A stretch of DNA of 32,000 bases from Chlamydiales bacterium (lineage in GTDB: Bacteria; Chlamydiota; Chlamydiia; Chlamydiales; SM23-39): positions 690,001-722,000 of the forward strand of contig OZ253438.1 in NCBI GenBank assembly GCA_965261025.1. Direction: 5' to 3'. The translations under genes and the position numbers were made by a program. Of the stretch, positions 1 through 8,232 are shown in pieces (within the stretch, counting starts at the first letter, position 1; each line of letters begins with the position of its first letter). The notes under the pieces are model-generated. The model had not been told where the DNA came from. It saw only the letters and a program-made list of their open reading frames with translations, and did not search any database.

Positions 1-27
1 AGTGCTCTACCACTGAGCTATCTGGGC
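1..27 (-). tRNA. 5' part of a tRNA gene running off the left edge (isotype not determinable; anticodon lies outside the window)
   Basis: The reverse complement of 1-27 is GCCCAGATAGCTCAGTGGTAGAGCACT. This reads as a 7-nt acceptor arm followed by a canonical D-arm (GCTC / AGTGGTA / GAGC). Confidence 0.7.
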
Positions 28-104
28 TTTTGTCGCCACCACAAGCGGAAAAGTTTACTTTCGCAAGCCAAATTAAATCAACTATTTCAAGGCCTTAAAG
101 CAGT

Positions 105-323
105 TTACCTCTGTCGATATATAATCCGAGCCCTACTCAAATCATAGGGAGACATTTCTACCGTAACTACATCCCCCGCATATACCCGGATGTTTCGGAC
201 TCTCATCTTTCCACAAAGATGCGCCACCACTTTCATTCCATTTTCTAATATCACCCGAAAATGCATATTAGGTAAAAGCTCTTCTACCTTACCATCAATC
301 TTAATCGTCTCTTCTTTAGCCAT
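105..323 (-). CDS. infA: Translation initiation factor IF-1
   Basis: The 72-aa ORF is colinear with bacterial IF-1 (S1/OB fold). Shared stretches include MAKEE.I...G.V.E.LPN..FRV.LENG....AH..GKMR...IR...GD.V.VE.SPYDL..(A)RI.YR. Confidence 0.95.
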   Translation of the reverse strand: MAKEETIKIDGKVEELLPNMHFRVILENGMKVVAHLCGKMRVRNIRVYAGDVVTVEMSPYDLSRARIIYRQR

Positions 324-582
324 AAGGAAATATGAATAGGGTGAACACTCTCTTTACAAAATCACTTTTACAGAAAAAATCTTTACCTAAAGCAAAGACG
401 CAAACCGCAACGCTCGGATCAAAGTATAGGATACAGACAGCTTTCTAAGCAAATTTTTTAGAAAAAATCTTCCCACCTAAGGACTCATAGATTTTCTATC
501 TCTATGAGAGATGTTCTTCAAAAATCCTTGAAAAGTTTTATTGACAAAGTTTTATTGCTATGAATTTCATTTTTTCGCTAAA

Positions 583-1017
583 ATGCGTTCCATGACTTTA
601 GCATCCAAAGTTGACTCTTTAAGAAAGTGGTTTTCTAGGGATCTTCCTAAAGAAAAGATTTATCAAAACATCATTCAATTAGGTAGCAAGCTTCCTAACT
701 TTCCTTCCCTCTTTAAAACGGAGGAAAATTTGGTAAAGGGATGCCAAAGTACCACCTACCTTCGTGCTTTTTTGAGAGAAGGAAATCTTTTTTTTGAAGG
801 AACCTCAGATGCCCTGATTTCCTCCGGTCTGATACACATCCTCAGCTACGTCTACAGCGGGGAATCCCCTGATACTCTGATCCAAGAAAAGGCTGTTTTC
901 CTAGAAGAGCTTGGTATTTTTTCCTCTCTTTCCTTAAACCGATCAAATGGGCTTTCTCAGATGGTAATTCATATAAAAAGAAAAGCCTTAGAAGAACTCT
1001 CCCACTCTTCTTTTTAA
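583..1017 (+). CDS. sufE: SufE-family sulfur acceptor (cysteine desulfuration protein)
   Basis: The active-site context LVKGCQSTTYL matches E. coli SufE IQGCQSQVWI, and the protein is colinear with SufE overall (LPxxxKxxxIIxLG..LP ... GxSDAxIxxGL). The first in-frame ATG is at 583, with another at 592. The tracked TTG at 541 adds a non-conserved extension. Confidence 0.85.
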   Translation: MRSMTLASKVDSLRKWFSRDLPKEKIYQNIIQLGSKLPNFPSLFKTEENLVKGCQSTTYLRAFLREGNLFFEGTSDALISSGLIHILSYVYSGESPDTLIQEKAVFLEELGIFSSLSLNRSNGLSQMVIHIKRKALEELSHSSF

Positions 1018-2234
1018 AAAAAGTTTTTTATCTGTAGAAAAATGATCCAAAGGGAAAAAGCGAAAGCGGCTGTAAGTAAAGGTTTGCCCCCTTTTACGGT
1101 AAACTCCCCTTTTTTCCTCTGAAAATATCTTCCAGAAAAAAGAAGCAAAACGGGAAGGGCTCCTCCTAAAATGGCGTCCCCAAATCCCCCTGTGACTTCT
1201 AAAGCAAAACGGAACGCTTTAGGAAAAAAAAGAGCTAAAAGAAAAGAAGGGAAAACCACTAAGAATGTTAAATAAAGTTTTTGTTTTCCCTGTTTCTTCA
1301 TTCGAAAGGAATCTGCTAAAAAGTCAAAAAATCCTAGCCCTATTCCCAAGTAAGAGGTAACGATGGCAAAAAAAGCGAAAGTATCGGAAAAATGCATTAA
1401 ATAAGGATGTTTCACCTTTTGCCGAAAGGGCTCCGTAGCAGGTTTTCCAGCTTCAAAAGCTTCCAAAAGCCCCCCTTGTCCTTCATGAGGAACCGTCCCT
1501 AAAACAATCCACTCCCAGATCGCATACATACCAAATGCTAGAAAAGTCCCCCAAAAAAGAGCCTTTTGTAAAACTTTTTTATCTCTTTTTACATATGAAA
1601 CCAAAGTAGGAATAATCATTTGATAGCTGAATACCGTTAGTAAAATAGGAAAAGCAGTAAAACTTTTCATAAAGTTTTTCTGTTGCAATAAAGAAAGATC
1701 TACCTTGGAAATACCCATTGCTGAAAGACCTATATATGTAGCTATCATAGAAACTACCAAAATAGCGTTCATTTTCCCTATAAAACGAGCCCCTAAAAGA
1801 AAAAGGGTCCCAAAACTAAGAGTAAATAGAAAAACAGCTCCTGTATAAGAAAGATCTTGGGAAAATAAGGCTTTTCCTACCCCTTGAAAAAGAAAAGCTC
1901 CCCCACTATTGTAGGCTACTAAAGAGGCGTATCCCATGAAAATAAATAAGAGGAAGCTACAAACTTTTCCAAAAGAGCCCAAAAGCCTCTCTGACATGGT
2001 CATGATATGAGCTCCTTCCTCCATCCAAAGTGCTACTTCCACATAAAAAAGACCTGTCATGTACATAAAAAGCCAACAAAGAGCTAAAGAAAATAAGGAA
2101 GGAGTAAACCCTGCTGCAGAAGTATCTACAGGAAGAGCCAGCATACCTCCCCCTATACAAGTTCCTGCCACTAAAAAAATTGCTGCAAAAAGAGGATATC
2201 GACTTTTTATCCAAAAAAACATGCCTTTTAGCAT
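1014..2234 (-). CDS. tyrP: Aromatic amino-acid (tyrosine/tryptophan) permease, HAAAP (TyrP/Mtr) family
   Basis: The 406-aa polytopic protein has an N-terminal motif IFLVAGTCIGGGMLALP, typical of TyrP/Mtr/TnaB (GTxIGAGMLALP). About 11 hydrophobic segments are visible. Its stop overlaps the sufE stop by 4 bp (TTAA). Confidence 0.85.
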   Translation of the reverse strand: MLKGMFFWIKSRYPLFAAIFLVAGTCIGGGMLALPVDTSAAGFTPSLFSLALCWLFMYMTGLFYVEVALWMEEGAHIMTMSERLLGSFGKVCSFLLFIFMGYASLVAYNSGGAFLFQGVGKALFSQDLSYTGAVFLFTLSFGTLFLLGARFIGKMNAILVVSMIATYIGLSAMGISKVDLSLLQQKNFMKSFTAFPILLTVFSYQMIIPTLVSYVKRDKKVLQKALFWGTFLAFGMYAIWEWIVLGTVPHEGQGGLLEAFEAGKPATEPFRQKVKHPYLMHFSDTFAFFAIVTSYLGIGLGFFDFLADSFRMKKQGKQKLYLTFLVVFPSFLLALFFPKAFRFALEVTGGFGDAILGGALPVLLLFSGRYFQRKKGEFTVKGGKPLLTAAFAFSLWIIFLQIKNFF

Positions 2235-2347
2235 AGCTTCTTTTTAGAAAAACGCCTACCACTAACCCCAATTTTGGATCTATTTTTCCCCTTTCTCTTC
2301 CATAAAAGAGAGTAAAGTCTTCCCAAAGTTTTGTTAGAATAGAAAGG

Positions 2348-3544
2348 CTATCCTTTTTTTAAAAAAGGAGTATCTCGAAAAAGATATAGAAAAAAGGAAA
2401 GAAAAATCCCAATACAAAGGAGAGAACTAACTTCCAATACCGTATCAGGCAAAATAGCTATTACAAAACTGATAAAAGCACCTACCGTAGTGGCGATTAA
2501 AAAATAGACAGAAGTAGTAAACCCCTCTCTTGAAGGAGATGCGATAAAACTCTCCTTTACTAAAGGAGCAGAACTCAATCCGACTCCCAAGGCATAAATT
2601 CCTACGAACACAAGAAGTTCTACAACTTCTATTTCTCGAAATAAAGAAAAACTAAGAAGGAAAATAGCTCCTACCAAAGAAAAAGCCATCCCCACATAAA
2701 CGATATAAGCTCTTTTCATTACCTTCAGCAAAAAACCAATAGATCTTGCTCCTAGTACAAATCCTATAAAAACGAAAGCTTGTAAATAACCAAATTTTTG
2801 AGGGGAGTACCCGAAATGAGTCATAATAATTTTAGGGGAAGCGCTAATCCAAAGGACCATGCCTCCGTCCTGGAAAGCAAAAGCAAGACATCTCAAAAAA
2901 AACCCTCTACAAAGTAGGGTCTTACAATAGGAATCACAAATTTTTCGAAACCTAAAAGGATGTCTTTTTGAAGGAGAAAGACTTTCTGGCATGATAAAAA
3001 ACAGAAAAAAAAGCGCTATCAAAGCCCATAAAAAAATGAGAAAAAAAATTTCTCGCCACGATCCTACAAGAAGAATCCAACTCCCAATTAAAGGGCCTAA
3101 CATAGGAGAAGCGATCGCTGCTGTAGAAGTCCAGCTTAGAATTAAAGTAGCCTTACGGTCCGGATACAGTGAGTGGATTGAGGCATAACCCGAAATCATA
3201 ATCGAGCCGACAGAAAAACCCTGTAACATCCTCGCAAAAAATAAAATCCAAAAAGAAGTAGCTAAAGAACAAGCCAGAGTTGCCAATAAAAAAAATCCCC
3301 CACCTACTAATAAAACAGCCCTTCTTCCATAGTAGTCAGTAAAGGGGGCCAAAAAAAGCTGCGATAAAGCAAGCCCTAAAAGCCAACTAGTAATAGTTTC
3401 TTGTAACACATCAAAGCTTTTTCCCATTTCCTGGGAAATTTCCAAAAGAGCAGGTAAGTACATATCTGTAGAAAGGTTTCCTGAAAATTCATAACAGATA
3501 AAAAAAAAGGGAAATAAGAAAAGCGAAAAGGCTCTCCTTCTCAT
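2348..3544 (-). CDS. MFS transporter, Bcr/CflA drug-resistance subfamily
   Basis: The 398-aa protein has about 12 TM segments. The signature DMYLPALLEISQEM sits after TM1 (Bcr/CflA D-M-Y-L-P-A-L), and the loop 2-3 motif is GRRAVLLVG. Its ATG overlaps the upstream SET gene stop (ATGA). Confidence 0.85.
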   Translation of the reverse strand: MRRRAFSLFLFPFFFICYEFSGNLSTDMYLPALLEISQEMGKSFDVLQETITSWLLGLALSQLFLAPFTDYYGRRAVLLVGGGFFLLATLACSLATSFWILFFARMLQGFSVGSIMISGYASIHSLYPDRKATLILSWTSTAAIASPMLGPLIGSWILLVGSWREIFFLIFLWALIALFFLFFIMPESLSPSKRHPFRFRKICDSYCKTLLCRGFFLRCLAFAFQDGGMVLWISASPKIIMTHFGYSPQKFGYLQAFVFIGFVLGARSIGFLLKVMKRAYIVYVGMAFSLVGAIFLLSFSLFREIEVVELLVFVGIYALGVGLSSAPLVKESFIASPSREGFTTSVYFLIATTVGAFISFVIAILPDTVLEVSSLLCIGIFLSFFLYLFRDTPFLKKG

Positions 3545-4131
3545 AGGACTACATCTTCCTCTGTCCAGTAGTCGTCCCCATAAGAATAGAGAAGTTGCTC
3601 CCCTTTTTTTATTCCCTTAGAGCCTGCTGTATAAATAATCCTGGGACCCTCAGGAAGATAATATTCCCAAGCCAATACATTCCCTTCCTCTGAATGATTC
3701 ATGAAACGACACCAATTAGCTCTCTTTTCTGCATCCAGAGAATACCGGGGAAATTCTTGAAAAGTAAAAGTACTTTTATTGTGTAGACCAATGGAAGAGT
3801 CTTTTGTCAAAACCCCTGCGTAGTGATTTAAAAGGGCATATCTTCCTATATCTTCTAAAGCAAAAACGCCATACCCCATCTTCCTATTCACAAAACGGAT
3901 CGCAACTTTCTTGCAAAAAGGCTCATCTGTTCCAAGGCTCTTCAATCTCTTAAAAAAAGAAGAGAAAATCTTCCTTCTACTTGGACTTATCTTATTTTTC
4001 GAAGAACTATAAAAAGCTTTCCAGCTCCTCGTAAAACCCTTAACGTACCTAGGATCTATCTCTACATCCGAGATATAGCGTATCTTAGTCTTAAGACAAA
4101 AAAGCCTTCTGAAAACAGGATCGTAACCCAT
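3541..4131 (-). CDS. SET-domain protein (putative protein lysine methyltransferase)
   Basis: SET blocks are present: GYGVFALEDIGRYALLNHYAGVL, the pseudoknot motif RFMNHSEEGNV, and the post-SET-like GEQLLYSYGDDYW. Confidence 0.85.
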   Translation of the reverse strand: MGYDPVFRRLFCLKTKIRYISDVEIDPRYVKGFTRSWKAFYSSSKNKISPSRRKIFSSFFKRLKSLGTDEPFCKKVAIRFVNRKMGYGVFALEDIGRYALLNHYAGVLTKDSSIGLHNKSTFTFQEFPRYSLDAEKRANWCRFMNHSEEGNVLAWEYYLPEGPRIIYTAGSKGIKKGEQLLYSYGDDYWTEEDVVL

Positions 4132-4177
4132 ATGAACCAGACATATAAAAAGCCTCTTTTTTCTTCAAAGCTTTTGT

Positions 4178-4897
4178 CTAGCCCGCAATAAAGGAAGACC
4201 CAACATAAGATAAAGTATCCCCTACAAAGCACAAAACACTCTCTATCGTAAAAGCAACCAGATCACAAGATAGCTCCCCCAAGGTTTCAGGGTCTGCCGC
4301 TTGACAAACTCTTACTCTAACTGCCTGAGAGACAGAAGAATTAGCTGCAATCTCTTCTCTATAGGAACCAAATTTACCATAAAGAGAAGAAAAAATTTGA
4401 GAGATGTTAGAGCTTGTTTGATTCAGGTTTTCTTCCTGTTCAGAGAAAATAGTCTCATCAACAGCCCCCGAAATATTAAACGTAGCATCATCTTTATCTG
4501 GAACTCCGGAAAAGAGGCCAGGAGAAGAAGGCGGAGAAATTGGCGAGATAGGAAAACTTTTCCTACAAGAAACACAGCGCAGAGATGGGAAATTATTAGG
4601 AAGCGAACCCCCTCCACTACGACGAGAAACACCTAAAGAACGTAATGGTAATGGTGTGAGCCTGCGGCGAAGAGAAACAATACTATGTATGCTACTATCA
4701 CTACTATCATTATCAGCAGCTCCAGGAGATCTGCTACTACTACTAACACCAAGATCAATAGAAACAGGTGAAACGGGATCTTGTAAATTGAGACTTACAA
4801 CACCGGAGGATGTCGGTGATCCAGAACCGGGCAAATCTGAAATAGGAGAAGTAACCAATACGAAACCATCAGAAGAAACAGAAGAAACAGGTGTCAT
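4178..4897 (-). CDS. Hypothetical Ser/Pro-rich, largely disordered protein (candidate secreted effector)
   Basis: The 239-aa ORF has a strong SD (AAGGAGG 8 nt upstream of the ATG). The ATG overlaps the upstream ORF's stop (ATGA). The composition is dominated by S/P/G, and no domain is recognised. Confidence 0.7.
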   Translation of the reverse strand: MTPVSSVSSDGFVLVTSPISDLPGSGSPTSSGVVSLNLQDPVSPVSIDLGVSSSSRSPGAADNDSSDSSIHSIVSLRRRLTPLPLRSLGVSRRSGGGSLPNNFPSLRCVSCRKSFPISPISPPSSPGLFSGVPDKDDATFNISGAVDETIFSEQEENLNQTSSNISQIFSSLYGKFGSYREEIAANSSVSQAVRVRVCQAADPETLGELSCDLVAFTIESVLCFVGDTLSYVGSSFIAG

Positions 4898-5250
4898 GAT
4901 ACAGCCCTCCTTTCTGAAGTATCTTCTCTTTTCAAAGCTCTACCTACCAAAGCACAAACAATAAAGGCTGTACCCATCCAAGGATGGTCAAAAAGCAATA
5001 CCAGAAGACAGAGAGCCGAAGCTACCCCAAACGTAAAGCCAAACCCCATAAAAAAAGATTCGATAACCTTTGCTATGTTTGTAAGAGACTTCCCTGTTAA
5101 AGTTATGCTTGACATGTGAGGATGGCTCCCTGAACAAGAAGGTACGTGCTTAGGAAGAGATGATAAACCTTGCGGCTCTTCCGTTGAGGCTTCCAGTACA
5201 GGAGAAAGCCCCCCTGTTCCTTCTGTAAGATTTAGCGAAGTGCTGCTCAT
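4894..5250 (-). CDS. Hypothetical small membrane protein with a bilobed hydrophobic domain (Inc-like)
   Basis: The 118-aa ORF has a strong SD (AAGGAGaaagtatcATG). Two hydrophobic lobes, FFMGFGFTFGVASALCLLVLLF and MGTAFIVCALVGRAL, are separated by DHPW. An AT-rich promoter-like tract lies upstream at 5251-5340. Confidence 0.7.
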   Translation of the reverse strand: MSSTSLNLTEGTGGLSPVLEASTEEPQGLSSLPKHVPSCSGSHPHMSSITLTGKSLTNIAKVIESFFMGFGFTFGVASALCLLVLLFDHPWMGTAFIVCALVGRALKREDTSERRAVS

Positions 5251-5399
5251 GATACTTTCTCCTTGAAAATTTTTGTTCTAAATTTTAGAAGTATCATTTA
5301 TTTATTTCAAAAAAAATTTAAGAATTTTAAAAATTTATCCTTGACAGCGTAAACTCCACTTCTTCAGGGTTAGGATATAACCCGCCCTCAAATTTCTAC

Positions 5400-5830
5400 A
5401 GATGCCTGTTGTTGAATGTACTGCTAAAGGCCGTCAAAAATAGCTCTGCATAAGTCCCTAAAAATAGCTCAGTGACCACAAATTTTTTCCTCAGAGAGCT
5501 TTTTGAATACCAGGATAATTTTGTTTTTCGCAACAGCTATTAAGGATACCCCTTTAAACTGTGGACTATTTTCCAAACGCTCACTTCTAAGGTGGATATT
5601 TGATGAGTAAGTGAAGAGAGTCAGTTTCGTCAGTTCTTTACCTACAAAGCAGCAGAAACTGGTAGAAAAATGGGAGTGTTAAATCCCGCTTACACCAGCC
5701 AAACGTGCTGAAAATGTAAACACCTAGAGTCGAAAAAGCTAACAGACAAAGAGCATAACGCCGATGCAGGTATATGACGCAACGGGATTTTCATCCAGCG
5801 CAAAATATTTTAGCCTTATGGATTGGATAG
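5400..5830 (+). pseudogene. tnpB: Decayed 3' portion of an IS200/IS605-family tnpB (OrfB, RuvC-like nuclease) gene
   Basis: Frame 0 across 5619-5708 reads SQFRQFFTYKAAETGRKMGVLNPAYTSQTC. This matches the TnpB hallmark ...YKA...G..v..V.P.YTSQ.CS.CG and is followed immediately by TGA. Upstream in the same frame is ELFEYQDNFVFRNSY*..TSKVDI**. A second frame across 5777-5830 reads RDFHPAQNILALWIG* (compare the terminal DRD.NAA.NIL motif). The remnant carries multiple stops and frameshifts, and the N-terminal two-thirds are absent. Confidence 0.6.
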
Positions 5831-5870
5831 CCTGGGAATAATCCCTAGAAGCCTTTAGACAAGGGATCAC

Positions 5871-7286
5871 TCACAGAAACCAAAAGAAAAAGAGGGAGAA
5901 AGCAATAAAGGTTGGGAAAAAAGCTCCTAGAAAAAGGTATACAGAAGAAACTCCCTTCTTAAAATAGGGCCTTAAAATTACGTAGCCGGCTGGATTGGGA
6001 GCGTTGGCAATGATAGTTAAACCTCCTCCTGCTAATATACCACTCATGATAGAATATTTCAGCGCTAAAGACCAATTGGGAACTAAAGAAGTTAGATAGG
6101 CAATTGCTGCATTATCGTTAAAAGCTGTTAAAATGGTTCCAAGTATCATGACCGATTCCCCTTTTAGGTCTTGTAAAACGGGAACAATCCACCATCCTTG
6201 TACTCCTGTATGAATCACAAGGGCTGCCAAGAAAAATCCTACTAAAAGAGGCTTTTTTAAATGATTTGTGTATTGATGTACACTAGTAGCCTGCATAAAT
6301 CCCAACAGAAGAAGATAGCTAGAAACAAAGACCGCAGGATAGTGTGCATGCCTTACTACCCAAATAATAAAGAGAATGTGTACTGCTATAATCCAAAAAG
6401 GGGTCTTGCTACGGTTTTCCTCTTTTTCATGGTTTTCCTTCCACAAAGAACTATTTTCTTTTTGCAAAAGGAAAAGTTGTTTTCGAAAAAAGAGAAAATA
6501 AACCAAAGAAGAAAAAAAAATAGCTAAAAAGGCTTTGACTCCAAAAAGTTGAAATACCATCCAAGAATTCCAACCCCAACATTTGGATACGATCAATAAA
6601 GGAGGCGCCGCAAAATTCGTTAGAGACCCCCCTATGGATATGTTAACAAACAAAAGAGCTATTGTAGCGTACGCTAAAGAAGGAGAGGGCTTATATTGAT
6701 AGAACTTCTTACTTAGCAAAACAGCACTCAATGTCATAGCTCCTGCTTCTGTAATGAAAGAGCCCCAAAGAGGCCCTACTACTAAGATAGCAAACCACCA
6801 CCCTGATAGCCTACCTCCAAAAAGTTTAGCCACCATAGATAAAACCCTTTCAGAAAGCTCTACTATAGGCTTAGTAGACGCCAAGCTCATGATAACCACT
6901 ACAAAAATAGCTTCCGTAAAATCTCTTGTACTAATGTACTCAAGAGCCGTCTTCCAGCTGAAAAAAAAGGTAATAGTGAAAAAAAGAGGAATAGCCCATA
7001 GGCCAAAAACCACCTCTATCTCTCCCATAAAATAGAGAATCTTTACCAGAAAAGAAGAAAAAGAATCTTCCTTTACCCCCTTTTCTTCTCCTTTTTTTTC
7101 GAGTTTTTTAGCGAATTCGGTAATCTTATTTACTAAGAAGGTATGTATCACCGCTAAAGCAAATAAAAGAAAAGCTACCCAATGAAACCAGTTACTTGTT
7201 AGCTCCTCTAGGGAAAGGACGCTGGGAGGTTTTTTGATAAAACTATCTACTTCGCAAAGAGAGCTTATTAAGGAAAAAAAAAGCAA
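5871..7286 (-). CDS. Polytopic membrane transporter, putative ion transporter (Na+/H+ antiporter-like; family assignment tentative)
   Basis: The 471-aa ORF has at least 10 hydrophobic segments. Repeated hairpin-like motifs GGSLTNFAAPP and GGLTIIANAPNPAG resemble ion-transporter superfamily re-entrant loops. The start at 7286 is TTG and is uncertain. Confidence 0.6.
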   Translation of the reverse strand: MLFFSLISSLCEVDSFIKKPPSVLSLEELTSNWFHWVAFLLFALAVIHTFLVNKITEFAKKLEKKGEEKGVKEDSFSSFLVKILYFMGEIEVVFGLWAIPLFFTITFFFSWKTALEYISTRDFTEAIFVVVIMSLASTKPIVELSERVLSMVAKLFGGRLSGWWFAILVVGPLWGSFITEAGAMTLSAVLLSKKFYQYKPSPSLAYATIALLFVNISIGGSLTNFAAPPLLIVSKCWGWNSWMVFQLFGVKAFLAIFFSSLVYFLFFRKQLFLLQKENSSLWKENHEKEENRSKTPFWIIAVHILFIIWVVRHAHYPAVFVSSYLLLLGFMQATSVHQYTNHLKKPLLVGFFLAALVIHTGVQGWWIVPVLQDLKGESVMILGTILTAFNDNAAIAYLTSLVPNWSLALKYSIMSGILAGGGLTIIANAPNPAGYVILRPYFKKGVSSVYLFLGAFFPTFIAFSLFFFWFL

Positions 7287-7349
7287 AGACCCTCCTTCTT
7301 CAAATCTCTTTTAATCTCTCTGTATAACAGCTACCTCTTTTTTTCAATT

Positions 7350-8228
7350 CTATAAGTCATCATCGAAGTCTTCCACCACCGCCCCCTTCAGCGCTAGTAT
7401 GAATTGCCTAAAGCGACCTTCTCTTCGTTTTCCTTCCTCTAGCCTTGAGCACTCTCCATTCGGTTGAATGTCTAAAAAACTCTCCATTGTGTTATCTCTA
7501 GAGAAAGAAGCGCCTATTTCTTCTGAGATTGGAATAGGACCCAAAATATCCTGTTCATAAAGGTCCTGCGAAGAATGACCTAATAAAACTTCCTCTTCCT
7601 TACAGGAAATTATTCCCATCTCTTTTACTAGCAAAGGGATTTCCTCTCGGTAAAACTGAGGGATTTTGCTCACCTCACCCTCTGAACAAGGGAGAAATGT
7701 TTCCATATACCTTGCCAAATTACCCCTCAGTTCTTGTTTCTTTTCTTCTTTCTGCTTTTTTCTTTGAAGAATTCCTACCATCTCTTCCTGCAGGCCATAT
7801 CTCTTAGCAGTCCCTTTTATGGTCTTGTAATAGCTAACAAGTTTTTGTATTCCCCCTTCCTTTTTGCCTCCTTCCTCCCAAAATTTGACATAAAAATCTT
7901 CTTCTGACACCACCACAAAAAAATTCCTTCCATGTCTTTCTAAAGAATCTTGTAAAGAAGCTATCTTTCCTTTTTTTCTCAACTCGGTTAGTTCAGCTAG
8001 GTCTTGATAATGAAAGGTATTTTGTGCTTTTGAAAAAAAATAATGAACCGCATAGGAAAAAAAAACAGTACAAAAAACCTGCAGTTCTCTAAGAGCTAGA
8101 GTAAAAGAAAAAGCTAGACACCCTAAGAAATAAAGAGTTATCCCATAAAAAACTTCCCTCCTAATTTTATGCGAAAAAAAAGAAGAAGGAGAAATATAAT
8201 CGGCGTAGGTAGGGCTGGAAACCTTCAT
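7350..8228 (-). CDS. Hypothetical protein with an N-proximal bilobed hydrophobic domain (Inc-like) and a charged, acidic C-terminal region
   Basis: The 292-aa ORF has its ATG 4 nt after the pncA stop. Residues about 26-66 read VFYGITLYFLGCLAFSFTLA-LRELQ-VFCTVFFSYAVHYFF, two TM lobes joined by a short loop. The remainder is K/E-rich and ends in EDFDDDL. No domain is recognised. Confidence 0.7.
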   Translation of the reverse strand: MKVSSPTYADYISPSSFFSHKIRREVFYGITLYFLGCLAFSFTLALRELQVFCTVFFSYAVHYFFSKAQNTFHYQDLAELTELRKKGKIASLQDSLERHGRNFFVVVSEEDFYVKFWEEGGKKEGGIQKLVSYYKTIKGTAKRYGLQEEMVGILQRKKQKEEKKQELRGNLARYMETFLPCSEGEVSKIPQFYREEIPLLVKEMGIISCKEEEVLLGHSSQDLYEQDILGPIPISEEIGASFSRDNTMESFLDIQPNGECSRLEEGKRREGRFRQFILALKGAVVEDFDDDL

Positions 8229-8232
8229 TGCC

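Noticed and set aside
541-582. TTG 541 as the sufE start
   Set aside because: The 14-aa extension (TKFYCYEFHFFAK) has no counterpart in SufE, and ATG 583 or 592 gives a SufE-length protein. TTGACA at 541-546 looks more like a -35 element, although I could not find a well-spaced -10.
1957-3188. ORFs 1957-2271 (-), 2059-2247 (+) and 2991-3188 (+) overlapping tyrP and the MFS gene
   Set aside because: These are alternative or antisense frames of well-supported transporter genes, and their products are low-complexity.
4301-4964. Three ORFs (4301-4636 +, 4423-4632 -, 4656-4964 +) overlapping the Ser/Pro-rich gene
   Set aside because: These are shadow frames of a compositionally biased gene. Their products are low-complexity R/K- or L-rich strings, and they lack an SD. 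The minus-strand 4178-4897 and 4894-5250 ORFs have strong SDs and ATGA coupling.
4178-5250. Idea that 4894-5250 and 4178-4897 are one gene split by a frameshift
   Set aside because: The junction is a clean ATGA stop/start overlap with a strong AAGGAGG SD placed for the second ATG. This is typical of translational coupling rather than decay. It cannot be fully excluded without orthologs.
6261-7035. Plus-strand ORFs 6261-6527 and 6754-7035
   Set aside because: Both are antisense to the 471-aa membrane transporter ORF, and neither has a motif or RBS.
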